Assembly: GCA_036172245.1 (NCBI GenBank)
Contig: JAYWIR010000011.1
Span: 3,224,001 to 3,288,000, forward strand
Origin: Raillietiella orientalis
Lineage: Eukaryota
Length of the DNA stretch: 64,000 nt
Direction: 5' to 3'
Both the position numbers and the translations under genes were made by a program. Under the pieces are notes generated by a model that did no database searches, had not been told where the DNA came from, and saw only the letters and a program-made list of their open reading frames with translations. Shown here in pieces: positions 61,601-64,000 of this stretch. Within the stretch, counting starts at the first letter, position 1, and every line of letters starts with the position of its first letter.

Positions 61601-64000
61601 ACGCGCGCTTGAGGAGGGATAGCGCCTCGGGCATGCAGCTGGATCATCCCCTTACACCTGGGAGGAGGCTTCGGTTGCAGCCGTCGAAAGAGGAGTGAGC
61701 CGTAGAGTCACTCCCCTCGGCTGCCGGGACGCCCCTTTTGCCCCACCGGAGAATGCAGGCAAGAGCGAAGGCCTGGAGGGATGTCTGGGAACGTGACTGC
61801 TCTCCCCCTCTACGGAAGGAAAGGCCGGATCGCCGGCTACAGCGTCTGGGAGGACAAGCTGGGGTCGTCGAACGTTCGGTTCTGCGTGCGGACCGCGCGA
61901 TTTCCAAGGGAGACGGCAGCATCGTGCCCGCTAGTGAGCGGGCGGACCGCGCGGGCACAGCATCCAAGACGCGCTTTCTCCAGCCGTCTCGCCGAGCGCG
62001 GGGCCGGCGACCGAGGCAGACCGCCCCTTCCTTGCGGCCCGGAGGAGGATGACGCGAGGAAGGGGAAAGAAGGAAGAAAAAACCGGGAGCGGAGGGACGT
62101 CCCGCTGCCTTGCGGTAGGAAGGCAGGCAGGAGGAGGAGGAAAACGAAAAAACGGAGCGGCGCGGTCCTACCAGTCGATCTGCCCGTCATCCCTCCGTCT
62201 CGGAGAAGGCTGACCGGGGGAAGGCGAGCCCTTTGGACGTCGCGACGGGGGAGTCTCCCGCGTGCCGGCGTTTCCCTTGGACACCGCGGGAGAGGAGAGC
62301 GAGGGACGTCCGCTCGGCGAGGCAGCGTGGGGGAAACCGCCCGCGCGAGGTCTATTTCCGGATGACCCCTCGTCACCTCGCCCACCCAAGATCTCCTCCT
62401 CCTCCTCCTCCTCCTCCTTCTCCTCCCCCCTTCTTTCCCCGCCTTCGCTGCCGCTTCTCCGACCGTGCGCGTCGGCGCGCGCGCGGATCTTTCGGAAGCG
62501 GCGGCAGTGGCGGCAGCCTCTTCAGCCGCCGCCGCCGTTGTTGCCATGCGCTCCTCACGTGCAAAGGGAGGCCTCTGGAGCATGGCCTCTCTCTCTCGCC
62601 CTGCACTCGCGCGCGCGGGTCTTCGGGGCTCGGTATGGGGAGACCGCGACGTCTGGGTGGCGCAGCATCTCTCCAAGGGAAGGAGAAACTCAGGGGCGGC
62701 AGGTGAGCCTCCGTGGGGAAGGTGCTCCCGCCGCCGTCGCCGCTGAAAACGACACGCGGCTTCGGGGTCGCGCGCCGGTGAGGCCGGCGTGGCGAGCGGA
62801 GGACCGAAAGCGCGGTCTGACCGAGCAAGAGATCCCTCGGACTTGGAGGCCGGGGAACCTCGCTGCGGGATTTTCCGCGGGAGGGGGAGGGGAGCCCGGA
62901 GGGCAGGGCGAGAGGGAGGGAAACGAGGATCAGGACTCGGGACCTCTTCCTCCTCCTCCAGGACGGTAATCGCGAGGTCGCACTGCGCGCCATGTGCCGG
63001 CGGCCCGCTCCTTTTACCTCGTCTTGGGCTGCTGACGCCACCGCTCGCATAGTAAAAGAGCGTCACCCGGGAAACCGGTTTGCAGCGGCGCACTCGCCGT
63101 CCCATGCAGTTGGAGATGCGTCCTGCAAGTAAAACCACAGATCGTTGTTTCTGGCGGCGACACTGCCCATAAGGAGGAGGACGAGGGGTAGATAGGGGAG
63201 AAGAGGAAGAACACGAAGAGGAACGCGCTCTCTCTCCATGCCCTGCGTCCGAGGAGGACCAGGGAGAGGATTGAAAGAACCTGGACGCAAAACCGATCTC
63301 TCCGAATGCGGGCAAGCGGACAGGAGAGGGAGGGGAGGAAGGCGGCAGCGGCGGTGGCAGCGGAGGAGGAGGAGGAGGAAGAGCGAAGGAGAAATAAAGA
63401 GAGACGAGAAACAAAGAATAACCCCCTCTCTCCCTTCCTCCTCCTCTCTTCCCCTCCCAGAAAAAAAAAAAAAAAGAGAGATGGAGACGAAGTCGCGCGA
63501 TCTCCTAAATGCTCTGCCTTCATCTTGCTCATCAATGGGTCCATTCAGAGAGAGCCCATTCATAACTCCGCCGCATCTCATCACAGCCAGCTCTTTCATT
63601 GCTCTGCCCTGCAGCAGAATGGCAAAAAAAAGGAGTAAAATAAAAGAAAACGGAAAGAAGGAGAAGAGGAGGAGGAGGAAAAGACGGTAAAAACCTGCAA
63701 CACCGGTCTTTGCCGCTCCGGCGAAATGCGCTGCTGGCCCTCCGCTGACTGCCTCTTCTCGGAGGCGGCGGCGGCGGAAACGAGGCGTTCCGAGATGGCT
63801 AACTCCTCTCTTTGAATAGGTCCGCTATTCCTCCGTCCTGTCCGGTGCTCTCCCAACTTCGAGGGCAGCAGCTGAAAGGAGGACCGTTAAGAGCTGGGAG
63901 ACACGGCGACGCCAGCGCCGTTACCGCGTCCCTGAGAAATGAAACGACGACAACGGCTACCACGGCATCGACGGAAGGCAAAAAGGAAATGAACGAAAAA

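Noticed and set aside
15000..64000. Hundreds of overlapping 60-525 aa ORFs on both strands (e.g. 61837-63414, 45662-46765)
   Set aside because: Expected from stop-codon scarcity at high GC; Arg/Pro/Gly/Ser-rich, repeat-driven translations with no domains, apart from the exons and relic motifs listed.

Overview
Eukaryotic, arthropod-type genomic DNA with two very different compartments. (1) About 1-14.5 kb is AT-rich and CpG-poor. It holds three tightly packed + strand spliced genes: the 3' part of an unidentified gene, coatomer epsilon (COPE, 4 exons, 301 aa) and SMC5 (15 exons, 1038 aa, mostly 38-47 nt introns), with only 172 nt between the COPE stop and the SMC5 ATG. Decayed transposon sequence follows. 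(2) From about 17-19 kb onward the DNA is GC- and CpG-rich. It contains one intact - strand gene, a secreted TSP-less ADAMTS-like M12B metalloprotease of the sona/MIG-17 type (16 coding exons, about 830 aa, 38111->20483). The most striking observation is that all six introns of this gene longer than 1.5 kb, plus its flanks (about 18.3-49 kb), appear to carry heavily decayed, frameshifted, intron-poor copies of the same protease gene in both orientations: about a dozen relics, none with an intact HExxH. Also present are two perfect 20-26 bp hairpins, microsatellites and LINE remnants. All gene models and alignments were made by eye and need computational confirmation. Most ORF-track entries in the GC-rich part are spurious.
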